Shown piece after piece: positions 10,473 through 21,830 of a stretch of DNA of 64,000 nt. The translations under genes were made by a program, and so were the position numbers. The notes below the pieces were generated by a model. The model saw only the letters and a program-made list of their open reading frames with translations. It searched no databases and had not been told where the DNA came from. Source of the DNA: Tetramitus jugosus (lineage: Eukaryota; Protista; Heterolobosea); contig OW569376.1 in NCBI GenBank assembly GCA_937625935.1, forward strand, positions 124,001 through 188,000, in the 5' to 3' direction. Numbering within the stretch: position 1 is the stretch's first letter; the number at the start of each line of letters is the position of its first letter.

Positions 10473-12246
10473 GAAATGGTCAGCACGTGCAAATCAACAA
10501 ATTTTCAATACACTATAATTGCAAAGAAACAAGATCAGAACAATGAAGATAATCGTGATATTCTACCTTTTACTTTGTGTATCTTCCTGTGTGAAGAAAA
10601 TCTGTTCTTATGGGGAAATGATATTGCTCGCATGAGCACAGGAGCATCGGTATTAACTACACCAACAAAACTCTCTCTATATGGTCTACCTGTGATATTA
10701 TTCTCTGAAGGAATAGATCATACTCTTGCTGCTGATGTTGATATGGGATTGAAATCAACAAACAAGATAGAAAGGAGGGTTATCTCGACTGTGTATTTCC
10801 AACTTCTGATTGTAATTATACTAAGAATTAAAACTACAGTCGTTGACTTATTGATGATCATTAAAGAAAAACAAGATCGGTAGTTGTGGTATATGAGTGG
10901 TCAGCAACCCTACTATCTATAAAAGCAGTACAGAGAAGGTTCAACTGTTAACCAATATGAACATTATCAATAGCTTATTTCAGTCAGGTGTACTCTTAGT
11001 TGACAGCGACAGAGGATGGGACAAAGTAATGGAATTTGGGTTCGTCAACAAGAGCTCTACGAATCCATGGTTGCCTTCGGTAGGTAGCTATAGTACTCGG
11101 TTCTTGAGCCCTAGTACATTCTCTGTTTTTGGATTTGATACTACATTGACCAATGCAAACAATGCAATTGTGTAGTGAAGACCACATGTGTATCAAACGC
11201 ATTTGACTGTTAGAACAATATAACAAGAGCGATCAGTAAATGTGGAAGGACGTATGTGAAGTTGAGTTCTAGCACAAAGAGCATTATCAATGTAAACGCA
11301 GAGGTGACAATATCAGGAACTAAACAGACAGTAACTGCAAAATTCGATATTATGCTGCAATAACAAGACCAGGAACAATAGTAGTAACAGTTTCTAACGG
11401 GGTTGTGTTTGAGCGAGTGACGATAGACTTTGAGAGGAGATCGTCTGTGATCTATGATCTGAGGTTACCCGGTGTTGTATATACGATACCAGAACTGACG
11501 TCATCATGGTTCTTAAGAACTTCTCTGATAGCTATTCATCAGATCTCAATGTTATTCAGACATATGGCACTATAGATGAAATACCTGGAGTATTCAATGT
11601 GGAAGGCACATAGGCGGGATTCCTAGCTTTAACAGTCAATTCATTTTATGTTAAGGTTAACAGCTATGTTGATGGTCTTCCAATGAGACTGTTTACATAT
11701 CAGATGAACAGATTCAGGCTTGCTTCATTTAGTTCATGTACTTTTGATGGTGGCAGCTTTTACGTTAGAAACCCTCAGTGTGAACCAGATAGTTTTCCAA
11801 AGCAACACTCACAAATTACAGAGGAACTACTACATTCAGAACAGCTGATCAAGGAAAGGTCGTGCTCCAGATAATCAATAATAACCTAGTCGGATGTATT
11901 ACAACAAACGAAGTTATGGTAGATGATACTGTTGACGCGGTGGGTACACCAGGTATAGAGTAAGTACTCTTCTCCAGTGCAAGTGATCGAGGTTGCAAGA
12001 ACTGAGTGAGAGGTCCGCAAAGAAGCAATCGGAGGACACCACCATTATGTGGAAACAAATGAAGTTCTGAGAGACATAGCGTATATGGGAAAATACATCC
12101 TTGGTGACGGTGTCATAACGCCGTAACGATGTGACTGATCGACCATATCCCTACAAGAAGTCAGCGGATAAAGGTTAGCGTTTAAGACCACAAGAGTGCC
12201 TTTTTCTTCTTGAAGAGGCATCTCTGAGACCGTTGTGGCTGAGGGC

Positions 12247-12250
12247 AAAA
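12247..12250 (-). terminator. Pol III terminator (TTTT) of tRNA-Asp
   Basis: T4 run 3 nt after the discriminator base on the minus strand. Confidence 0.7.
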
Positions 12251-12253
12251 GAT

Positions 12254-12324
12254 CTCGAGCACCGGGAATCGAACCCGGGTCGCCAGAGTGACAGTCTGGA
12301 ATGCTACCCCTATACCATGCCCGA
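12254..12324 (-). tRNA. tRNA-Asp (GTC)
   Basis: Minus strand reads TCGGGCA TG GTATAGGGGTAGCATT CCAGA CTGTCAC TCTGG CGAC CCGGG TTCGATT CCCGG TGCTCGA G: 7-bp acceptor stem, 5-bp anticodon and T stems, A and B boxes, discriminator G. Confidence 0.95.
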
Positions 12325-12363
12325 ATGTACTTTGCCAAATGGAAGGGCATGCCCAATGAGAAT

Positions 12364-12378
12364 AGCAAGTTTCCGCCC
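12364..12378 (+). repeat. Left target-site duplication of the LINE
   Basis: agcaagtttccgccc; 14/15 identical to agcaaatttccgccc at 15273-15287. Confidence 0.85.
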
Positions 12379-15272
12379 CGCCAAAGTGTAGTGAATGAGT
12401 TGGAGAGTCGCAATGTCGAGAACATAAAAGATGTGGACAGGCAATGCGATGCGATTACAACCACACTACTGAAGCACGCACAGTCGTTCCGCAAAACTGA
12501 CAGTTCTAAAATTTGGAGGCACAACAGAGCAGTTCGTAGGCTTCTACAACGTAGGGCCATACTAATGAAATTTTTGGAAGAGCATGTGTGGAGTCCGAAG
12601 CTTGAAGCGCTGTGCATGAATTGTGAAGGTGGTGCATCTAGATTGGACAAAGTGTTGGAAACTCTCTGTCAAGTTAACAAAGTTCTACACCATACCAGAG
12701 CCATGAATGCTGGGAAAAAGTTTCGGAAGTGGGAATGGGTGGCAAGAACTGCGGAATTCAGCGACCCTTCCAAGTTCTTCTCGGCGGCCTCAGCTAAAAA
12801 GAGTTGCAGAATCAGATTGGCAAGAGTCACTAAGGAGGGAATGGAACATACTGACCCAGTCACTGTAGGAGAGGTGGCTGCCAAGTATTTCGAACAAGCG
12901 TTCAAAAGAGAGGAGGCTGACATGGGGTTCCTGAGGAATTTGGAATATCATGGTGACAAAAGAAAGATGCGGGAAGCATTCGTCCCATTTGTGACGGAGG
13001 AAGTGGTAATTGCAGTAAAATGGCTGCGAAACAGGAAATGTCCAGGAGCAGATGGACTGCACAATGAAATGTTCAAACTGCCTCGGACTAAGAAAAGAGA
13101 CTACAATTTTGCGTTGGCCGAAATCCTGTGTGGGTTCTTCAACAATGTGACTTCCAGTGGGTGCTTCCCTAAGGCGTGGAAAGAGTGTATCATCATCCCT
13201 GCCTACAAGAAAGGGGATGTGACCAACCCGGAGAATTACCGGCCGATTTGTCTGCTGAGTTCCTTGTCCAAACTGTATACCAAGCTGCTTAATATGAGAG
13301 TTTCTAAAGCCACAGAGGTAAGTGGAGTGTTCACCAACGTGCAAGGTGGAGGGAGGAAATTCCGTGATATTAGAGAGAAACTCTCGATTATCAGAGGGGT
13401 GATTGACTCGGCCAACCGGCATGACAAACAACTGTATCTGTTGTTAACCGACATCTCTAAAGCCTTCGATTCGGTGCCACATAATGCAATCGAAGCGGTG
13501 TATAGGTTCTTTGGTTTCCCGGAAGGAATTGTAAGACTTGTGAGTGGAATGGTTAGAGACAATTTTGCGCGAGTGCTCACGTCATCCTTGTCACGGAGGT
13601 TCCACATAGGTAAGGGAACGAGACAGGATGTCCTCAGTTCTCGGATCACTTAGGATGACCATGCATCCTGACAAGCTGGAACTGTATGTGAGAAAGTCGG
13701 AAGACGACAATTGTCATGACATAGCGGTGAATGATAATTTGGTAAAAGCGCGAAATCGGAGAGAAGTGTTCAGAGCTCTAGGTCTGTTCACCAATCTTCA
13801 GGGTGACACTAAGAAGCAGCGTAAGCAAGCTTGGCAGAAGGCTCAAAGGGTGGTTGTCAGGCTGAAGTTGATGAAACTGACAAGTGAGCAGAGTTGTCAA
13901 CACTTGCATTCACCCGATATTCACATATGCCTCTGAGTTCACAGACTGGTCAGCAGAATGGTTTGATAAAGTAAATTTGCTGGGCAGAAGTCTAGTGAGG
14001 CATGGATCTACTGCCATGCCGCGATTTCCAGTGGATCTTCTCTCAGTAGGAGACGAAAAGGGGTTGATGGGCTTGAGGGACATCGAGGAGACCATAACGA
14101 CAACGACCCGTACTTCGTGGTTCGTGTACTCGATGATAATTGGGAAGAGGGACACCGAGGCTAGACAACTGTTTCTTGGCACGCTTGAGGAAATCAAGCA
14201 AACACAAACATTCCAAAATGAGAATGTATTCCAGTCAAGAAACAGGCTTGAATTTGTCAAGCACTCCTACCTCAAGTGGTGTGCATGCAGAATGCACAAG
14301 CATGAAATACGTGTCACCAAAACTAATCCCTACCCACTGTGTCTGAAGGAATTTAAACATATTTTTCCCTCCTGCAAGGTCGGAGCAATGTCGTTTGAGG
14401 TGCTGAAAGTGTTAATATCCCAAATGAGTGGGTGTGGATGGGAAGAGGTCCATCGAAGGTGCAGAACCGGACTTGTACAAAGGAAATCTGCATGTGGAAA
14501 GTAGATCGCATCTACAGTCGCTGTTTGATCAAGAAAGAAGTGCAAGAATTGATGAAGACGAGCGATGTTGGCTACAGAGGGCAGCAAATAACAGTGGTGC
14601 AGATTTTAGCTTCCTCAAATACCCCCATGGTATAGACAGGAAGCTGGAATGGTTTCATGCACAGGTACGCAGTGGAACACTCCACACAGCAGAAGTTGTA
14701 CGATATCTATACAACACTGATGAGGAACAGATCATGTGCAGCTGGTGTCAGAGTGAGCCCGAAAGTGTGCTACATTGTTTGATCAGGTGTCCAAGGGCCA
14801 TTATGATTAGAAGGCAATTGGCTGTGAAAGTGGGACATGAGCTCAAGAATATGGGAATTCCGGACTCTGCCTACGCCGATGTTTGGTTTGATGAGGTGCG
14901 ACTGAAGGAAGGAAAGGTTGTGAGGCAACCAATCAAAAAGTCTAGCCGTGAACTGCTGCAAGGAATGATGGGCATAGAAACGGACGCCATCATGGAGGTC
15001 GCTGAGGGTCTTATGTCTGGAGGAATGAAGAAGCCACTGGCACAGAAGAAAGCCAAAACATATGTGAATAGTGTCAAGAGGAGATGTCTTAAGACTCTCC
15101 ACCACCTGTTCACTACAAGGATAAATGTAATCAACGGCAATGACGCTCTCCGAGAATCATTGCCTACCAACTGGTAACTAACCAGGGCCTACGCTCTTCG
15201 AGCGTAGGTAAGTGAATAAGCAAGACAATAAAAAGAGCAACCGAAATGGTTGTATTTAAAAAAAAAAAAAAA
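12379..15272 (+). mobile_element. 5'-truncated non-LTR retrotransposon (L1-like ORF2: RT plus C-terminal Cys/His knuckle), decayed
   Basis: RT motifs KCPGADGL, FPKAWK, YKKGD...NYRPICLL, TDISKAFDSVPH, GTRQ; C-terminal CSWC...ESVLHCLIRCP; stop at 15177; AATAAA at 15227-15232; A16 at 15258-15273; flanking TSD; no ORF1 or endonuclease; several frameshifts. Confidence 0.93.
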
Positions 15273-15287
15273 AGCAAATTTCCGCCC
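15273..15287 (+). repeat. Right target-site duplication of the LINE
   Basis: agcaaatttccgccc immediately after the poly(A) tail. Confidence 0.85.
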
Positions 15288-15682
15288 ATTTGCCTGCTAA
15301 GTGGCTTATCAAAAGTGTTCACTCGGTTCTTAAATCTGTGTTCCTATTCTTGTCTCATTTGACTCAAGCATATTTTGGATGAGAGAAATGATTCTCTCCG
15401 GATAGTTGAAGGACTTTTTGAAGAGTCACGATTGTAATAAGAAAGAATTGAGCACTCTATTCTACCACCAAGTTTTTGTGTTTCTAAATTCGAGACACGC
15501 AAAATACTTTACTGTCTGTTGCACCAACGAGACACCCAACAGTATGGTGGGAGATACAGTCTTGGACGAGCCTGTGCCTCATTGCGTCTTGCTAAGTCCC
15601 TCATGACCCGACAACCAGGAAGAATATCTTTTTCACTGGAAGGTCGTGCCGCCTTCGACCTTCCAGTGAAAAATCGCACTGC

Positions 15683-17014
15683 TCATCCTAAGCAAACCAC
15701 GATATTTATGAAGGAGTAACAATGCACTCCACACACTTGATTTTCGTTTCCGCACATTGATAATGAGACATAACCAATTAAAACCAATGCAAACTTTTCT
15801 ATAGCATCATAAGATGCAAGGGAAGAGGAAGATGAACAGAAAGGAAAATTATGGAGAAAAAGATGTACTAACATCTTTCCTGTCAAACCAACCATTTATC
15901 GACTTTTTCTTCACAAAACCGAATTTCAGTCTTTCCGGTATGTTTTGAAAGAAAGGGACAATCTCTTTAACATCTTCTGTTAACATTCTCACGGTATCTT
16001 CATCTAACCTCGGGCGAGAATCTTGTTTTCTTACAAGGCATACAATATCCTCCAAAAGAGGAAGGTGATCATATAAATATTTGATTATTATATTATTTGA
16101 TTACTAGATGCAGTAAAACTAAGGGTTGTGCTCCTTGCAGTAAGTTAATACACTCTTGTTGAGTTACTTCATAAAATTTGTCCTTCATGGTAAAACTTTT
16201 TTCCTTTGAATTCGTCACAATCAACCGTCTGTAAGTATCGGAGAGATCTAGCATTGTTTGCAAATCACATCCTTAAATTGTTCAAGCTTTAGACTCTTGT
16301 CATATCGAGCTAACATTTGCAATGCTTCTTCATTTCTTTCTTGCAAGTATTTTTGTTTCCAAGCCTCACTCACTCTCATTATCTCGATTATCTGTTTGAT
16401 CCACTGGTTCTGATTCAATGGCAGGATGAGGTTCCAACACACTTGCAAAACATCAGCATCATCGAATGTTGAAAGACCTCTCTGGTTTTTCCCATGTCGC
16501 AAATAAACTCTCTCGTCCAACAAATTATCTTTATGCCATGGTACAACGACACCCACTCTAATGACCATAACCTCATACTCCAAAAGGTAATTTTCAAAAT
16601 TCCTCTCGATATCTGTGATTAAAACATTCACCATACTCTCAGTGATGCGAGAACACTTGACAGTGCCCATTCCGAGTAGCGTCTTTCCTTGCGCTTGTTC
16701 GATGAGAAGATATACCACACTACCGTCTTCACAAAGTGACCGAGGGAGAGAATTGAATTCGTTATCTGGAACACTGGAGTCAGAGTGGATCAGTGTTCTT
16801 ATAACAGGAGCTAATATATCCTTGTTCTTGATGATGTTGGTGATTGCATCTTGTTTTGAACGGACTGGGCGTCCAGTGACTCCCTCAACGCTTCCCCCCA
16901 TATCCAGATATACTTAAGTTGTCTGAAAGAGAGACGATGCATTGATACAGCATTGAAACGTTGCAAAATCGCATCTTCATTCGAAAAGTCAGGAATTTCG
17001 TTAGGTCTTGGCAT
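15683..17014 (-). pseudogene. Frameshifted gene remnant of unknown function
   Basis: Consecutive minus-strand ORF pieces (16811-17014, 16248-16901, 15849-16055, 15683-15895) read as one broken protein; no family recognised. Confidence 0.35.
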
Positions 17015-17481
17015 GCTTGTTTTTGAAATTGGTAAAACTACCTGCAGAGCCCAACTTGAAAGTATTTAAATCTAAGGACAACTAAAGTTAGTGAATTGTC
17101 TCATAAATAGAAAGGACTTTCTCCTATTAATTTAAGTCACATCAGTAAGGTAAGATTCAACAATCAGAGATCAACGGCTGAAAAATGAAAGAACGACGAG
17201 CAAAGAAAATTTTGTACAAATTAAATTTAATATGAAGTTTTTGTTGGTGTTGGAAGTTGGTGTTGAACACCAAATTTCATTAGAAAAATATTAATCATAG
17301 GTTCAATAATAGAAATCAATAAGTTTTTTGTAAAAAATAAAGAAGAAAATGGTGGATCGTAAAGTTTTAAGGTCAAAGAAAATCAACCGTTTATTGAAAA
17401 ATCAATGAGGAATTCAATATAGATACATTTTGCTATTGCTCGTCTCAAAAAATTGCAAAACATCCTAGAAACCTCCTCCAA

Positions 17482-18474
17482 TCAAGTTGGATAGGTGTTC
17501 AGCACATTCGGTAACTCTGCAGCCCATCTGCTAGTGTTGTGTGATTCCATGTAAGCAAAGAGCATCCTCTTGATTGTTTGATTCAAACGCTCTACTACTC
17601 CCTGCAACCATGGTGAATATGCTGGCCCTTCTTTCTTCTTGATGCCGTACTTCTCGCATGTTTCATACATAGCTTTTGCAATAAATTCACCGCCATTATC
17701 TGATCGCAAGTAGAATTCAAACTTTGGAACTTCGTCATCTTCCAATTCTTTCAGCCCAATGCTCTCAAATGTCTCAATCAGAAAGGCTTCCACCACTTTT
17801 GCCTTCTTGCTGCTAATCTGTTTGATCCATGCCATCTTGGTGAAGTGATCGACCATAACAAAAACACCAATATTCTTATTATCTCTAACCATAAACGCCA
17901 AGTCAATATAGAGATGTTGTAAAGGATACTCAGATATAACTGTGCGATATGGAATCAACACGTCAGATTGTCCTTGTGACATCTGACAACGAGAACACGT
18001 ACTGACATAATTACTACACGAAATCTGCAACTTCCACCAAGAGTACTTGGTACGTAAACGATGTCTCATTACTACCATCTTTCGTTGGCAGTCTGAATGA
18101 GCCTCTTGTAAAAGGTCAAATCTCTCTTCTTCACGTGGAATACACACCACTACCTTACGTGGCACCTTAGTTTCTGTGATAATACTTGGATCCCATTTGG
18201 AATCAACTCTTCTCAACTTATCAATCTCTTCTTCTGAAAGACCCTCTTTCGGTGTAGGAACTGTATCCTCCAATGTATATTCTCTGTAGAGATTATCATT
18301 GTAAGTGTATTGACTTTGCTCTTTTTCAGTCAAAGCATGTTGTTGGCCATTCTCGAACGCTGTTCTAATTCTTGTTGCAGTAGAATCAAGAATTGGACGA
18401 ATACATGATCTACCCTTCTTCCCTCCTTTCCTGTTCTTTGCTTGATTGACTCTAGTAGCTTTAGTCTTTGACAT
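17482..18474 (-). mobile_element. Stand-alone retroviral-like (rve) integrase/transposase, Ginger/Tdd-4-like; C-terminally truncated
   Basis: Own ATG and basic N-terminus; Zn-binding region LQEAH...CSRCQ; DDE core YIDL / VDHFTKMAW / RSDNGGEF / SPWLQGVVERLN; no protease, RT or RNase H upstream. Confidence 0.85.
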
Positions 18475-18623
18475 GTTATTGTTTGTTGTGAATTATTTTC
18501 GTTTAGTAACGGTTTCTTTTGAGCGCCACCCAAGAAGAAAAAATGCACACAAGATGTTTAATAACACATGCTCAAATGGTAAAGTGAACATCAACTTGCA
18601 GGCCGATTAAAATACTCGAAATT

Positions 18624-18854
18624 TTACTTGGGTTGTTCCTTCATGTTAATTGCCATGTCATTAACAGTTTCTTTCATCCTTTTACTCTCACAGTCTACAA
18701 CACCTTGCATCCATGGTGAGTATAGAGCTCCTTTCTTCTCGTCAGTATCTAAATTGAGACACTTCTTCCTAGTGTACGAGTTCTGGCATTGTTGTCTCTT
18801 CTTCTTCATCATATACTAGCTCGGGTACGTCTTCCTCATGTGCGAGTTTGTCAT
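18624..18854 (-). pseudogene. Internally deleted integrase remnant
   Basis: 'KKGALYSPWMQGVVD' matches 'KEGPAYSPWLQGVVE' of the neighbouring integrase. Confidence 0.6.
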
Positions 18855-19123
18855 TGTGTTTTTTGGTGTAAACAAGTTGCATTCTTTTTGATAGTGTATG
18901 TAGACAGCGGAGAAATCTATATCACTTTACAAAATCATGTAGACAGCTGTTGTCTACAAGCATGTAGACATGACAAACTACAGCTATCAAATATGTGTAT
19001 GTACTTCCAATGGATACCAGTAATAATGCCCCTATTAATACTTTGAATTCCGACAATCAAAGATAAAGCACAATAAAGAAAAAGTGAGAATAGAAATTAC
19101 AAGTAACATAATAGACAAATCAC

Positions 19124-19240
19124 GAGCATGAGCAGATTGATGATACACAACTATGAGGAACAGGATTGAACCTAGCAGACTGCTTTAAACATGGACGACC
19201 CTGTCCCTCATAGTGTTGGTTGATCATTCTGCTCGCCCTC
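19124..19240. repeat. Imperfect inverted repeat (41-bp arms, 35-nt spacer)
   Basis: 19124-19164 versus the reverse complement of 19200-19240: 31/41 identical without gaps. Confidence 0.75.
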
Positions 19241-20122
19241 ATAATTTTATCTGTGTATTAGTTGTGTTGTTTTTTCAGGAAAACTGTTTTATTATTATAC
19301 TTGTGACACGTTTCTGTTGCCGACCACATTCCACCCTCCATCCAACTTTTGCACTCGAAGTATTGAGTTTCAGAGTTTCAATCGGCTCTCGCTCTGTATA
19401 GCTATTGCTGTTTTAATGTTTGTGCAAATACCTCTGGTGATGAACTAGAGAAGTACTGCATTATTCCATCAATCACCGCGGTGTGATGCCATATTCCTGA
19501 GATGAAAAATTTCAATTCAACTTAATGTGTTTGAGATATTCATCAAACCAACCTGATTAATGTCAGTTGCAATTCAACTATATCCGAATTTAAAGATCAT
19601 ACGATGTAAATGACGAATAACTATTGAACTATGGGGAACACACTCATAAAGAACCTCCACAGTACAGAGTATCAAAGAATGTGATTATTGATCGAGAGCA
19701 TTGACTCAAAACCCTAATATCACCGACTTACAACTCTTCCTCTGCGAGTTACTTTCCAACAGTTTGCTGTCCTATGTCCCTATTTGGCCACGTAGAACAT
19801 GTCTGTCCAAGATCTATGAGGACCCACGGGATGTTTACTCAACCCCAAGGATGTTTGCACTAAAAGAAAGGAGTGTCAACAAGAACTATAAGAAACAAGA
19901 CTTCCAAAGTATGACAATTGGCTCTTCCCATGCTTAAGAAACTGATTTTGATAACGGAGGTAAATTGGCTCCAAACACAATCGTTCTTTTAGAGTTCTCT
20001 GGTTCCACTTACATCGATAGGCATGATAATACTCTACATCATTTTGGTCTTATGTGGATTTGTCCCGAGAGCAAATGAACAGTTTAACTGCGGATAGTTA
20101 TAGGATGGCACGAGAATACATA

Positions 20123-20772
20123 CTACGGCATAGGCATAGAACAAGTACCAGTAAGAACAGATGCTGCTGCTGCAGCTTCAAGCATAGCGAACTGACGGGA
20201 TTGTGAGATCTTTGGCTGTCTGGAAACTACCTGTTCCTTCTTACTCTTCTTCTTTCTTAATGGGTTATCATCTGAAGAAGCTTTGCGCTTCTTGGTAGCC
20301 ATGTTAGAATCTGGCTCACAATCCGAGTCTTCAGAGGAACCAATACCTCTTTCCGGTTTCAAATTCATTATTCCTCCAACAGCATGCAAAACTTGAGCAT
20401 CAGAATGCTTGCAGGCAATAGCATGAGGGCAAGAACAATTTGATTGAATTATCTTACCACCTTGAATCGATGTCTTCACCTCATAAGTGCCATTGCTGAA
20501 TGATTGTGATTGCACTGCTGGACACCACCACATTTAAAACTCTCTATTGCCCATTGTTTGCCCCAGATTAGTTTATCTGTCATCTTGGTTACGTTCTTCG
20601 TACTGTATTGAATAGATCCCTTGAAGTGATGTGAATCTGCTGTCTCTTCCTTAAACACATAGCACACTCCTGGTATAGGATACAACACTGGCTTGGACGC
20701 TTCTTGTGGCAATTCGCTAAAAAGTATAGGAATGTCGATATTACTTTGATTTCCCCTTCGAGCTCTCGTCAT
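20123..20772 (-). pseudogene. SWIM zinc-finger protein remnant (frameshifted), possibly MULE-associated
   Basis: YEVKTSIQGGKIIQSNCSCPHAIACKH (CxC...CxH); two overlapping ORFs. Confidence 0.6.
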
Positions 20773-20851
20773 AGGGATGTGAATTGTTTTGGTTTTGTGT
20801 TAAGTTGACCAATGTTTCAACGAAACTTCAATTTACTTGATGATGGTTGCA

Positions 20852-20916
20852 ATGTCTTGGTCAAACGCATTTTGTTGTCGTATGTCTTGGTCAAGCGCAT
20901 TTTTTCAAGTATGTCT
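20852..20916 (+). repeat. ~30-bp tandem direct repeat (2+ units)
   Basis: atgtcttggtcaa(a/g)cgcatttt at 20852 and 20882, plus a partial atgtct at 20911. Confidence 0.75.
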
Positions 20917-21459
20917 CCGCCGTTTTCTGAAACTTTCGAAATGCCCATGCCGTAGTATGTAACTCGGATGGCACATCAGATGAGGAGGTTGACTTGATAT
21001 CGTTATGGGACCATATCGAAGCAGTCCAAACATCGAGTACTCAACCAGTACGCTACGAGACGGGTTTCATGAGAGGATGTTGGACAAGGAAAAGTGACAT
21101 GATTCGCATCTATTTCTCAAGTCACGCGTTTTACAAACCTGTTGACTTTGTTTGTGCAGTGCCAGTTGCTGGTGACAAGTATCTACTTTCAACTAATGGC
21201 AATTCGGAAATTTTGATAGATACTTGAAGGAATGGGTGGTGTATCACAACATGATAGGCGACATCGTGATACATCACGACAAAACAAAGTCACTGGAAGA
21301 GTTTACTGACGGTGTGAAAAAGGGAATATTTTTTACTATCGAAAACTCATCGACAGACGAGTGGAACAAGAAAGGAGGTTTCTGGGATGTTTATGCAATG
21401 AAGGCCTATGATAAGCCTCTACAGAAAGCTTTACGGATATATTGAGCACACAAGGTCAA

Positions 21460-21830
21460 TTTATGAGAGAAGCAACAACAGTCTAGCCAAATGTGTCTTC
21501 CTCACATTCCAACTAAATTCCTAACTTTCGATGTCCACTTCTTTAGCTTATAGGAGACTCGGCAGCACCGTCTACTAACTTTTCATCCAACATTTTTCCA
21601 AGAATATACATGTTTGAAGTGTGATTTCGACCATTGTCTCAATTGATAAATGGCCATGTTTATCACACGATCATACTCTTCTCTTGTTCCATAAACCATT
21701 GATGGTATACCGCGATCAAGTAAATCCAACCAATGGCTTAAAATTCAAGTTGATCACATCGTTGTCAACCATGATTCCTCCACCAACAGCTGACATTACC
21801 ACACATCGAATGTAACAGGACAACTCATAC
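21460..21830 (-). pseudogene. Diverged, frameshifted third copy of the DxD glycosyltransferase C-terminal half
   Basis: Minus-strand pieces YELSCYIRCVVMSAVGGGIMVDNDVINLNF, DRGIPSMVYGTREEYDRVI, HTSNMYILGKM, AESPIS and RKTHLARL are colinear with the 351-aa GT; not present in the ORF track. Confidence 0.8.

Noticed and set aside
10476-12050. Fragmented plus-strand ORFs that look like a decayed surface-protein gene
   Set aside because: No motif could be assigned with confidence; left unannotated.
12301-12378. ORF-track start of the RT ORF inside the tRNA, suggesting a tRNA-headed (SINE-like) element
   Set aside because: The TSD places the element boundary at about 12379, and the tRNA is antisense and outside it. 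The open frame across the flank is incidental.
15317-18590. tgttcact at 15317 and agtgaaca at 18583-18590 as possible Ginger TIRs
   Set aside because: Only 8 bp match, the similarity does not extend, and I found no convincing TSD.
19161-19178. CAGG...AGCAG resembling SRP RNA helix 8, overlapping a B-box-like GGTTCAATCC on the minus strand
   Set aside because: The spacer is 9 nt without a paired GNRA-capped stem, and no cloverleaf or Alu domain can be folded.
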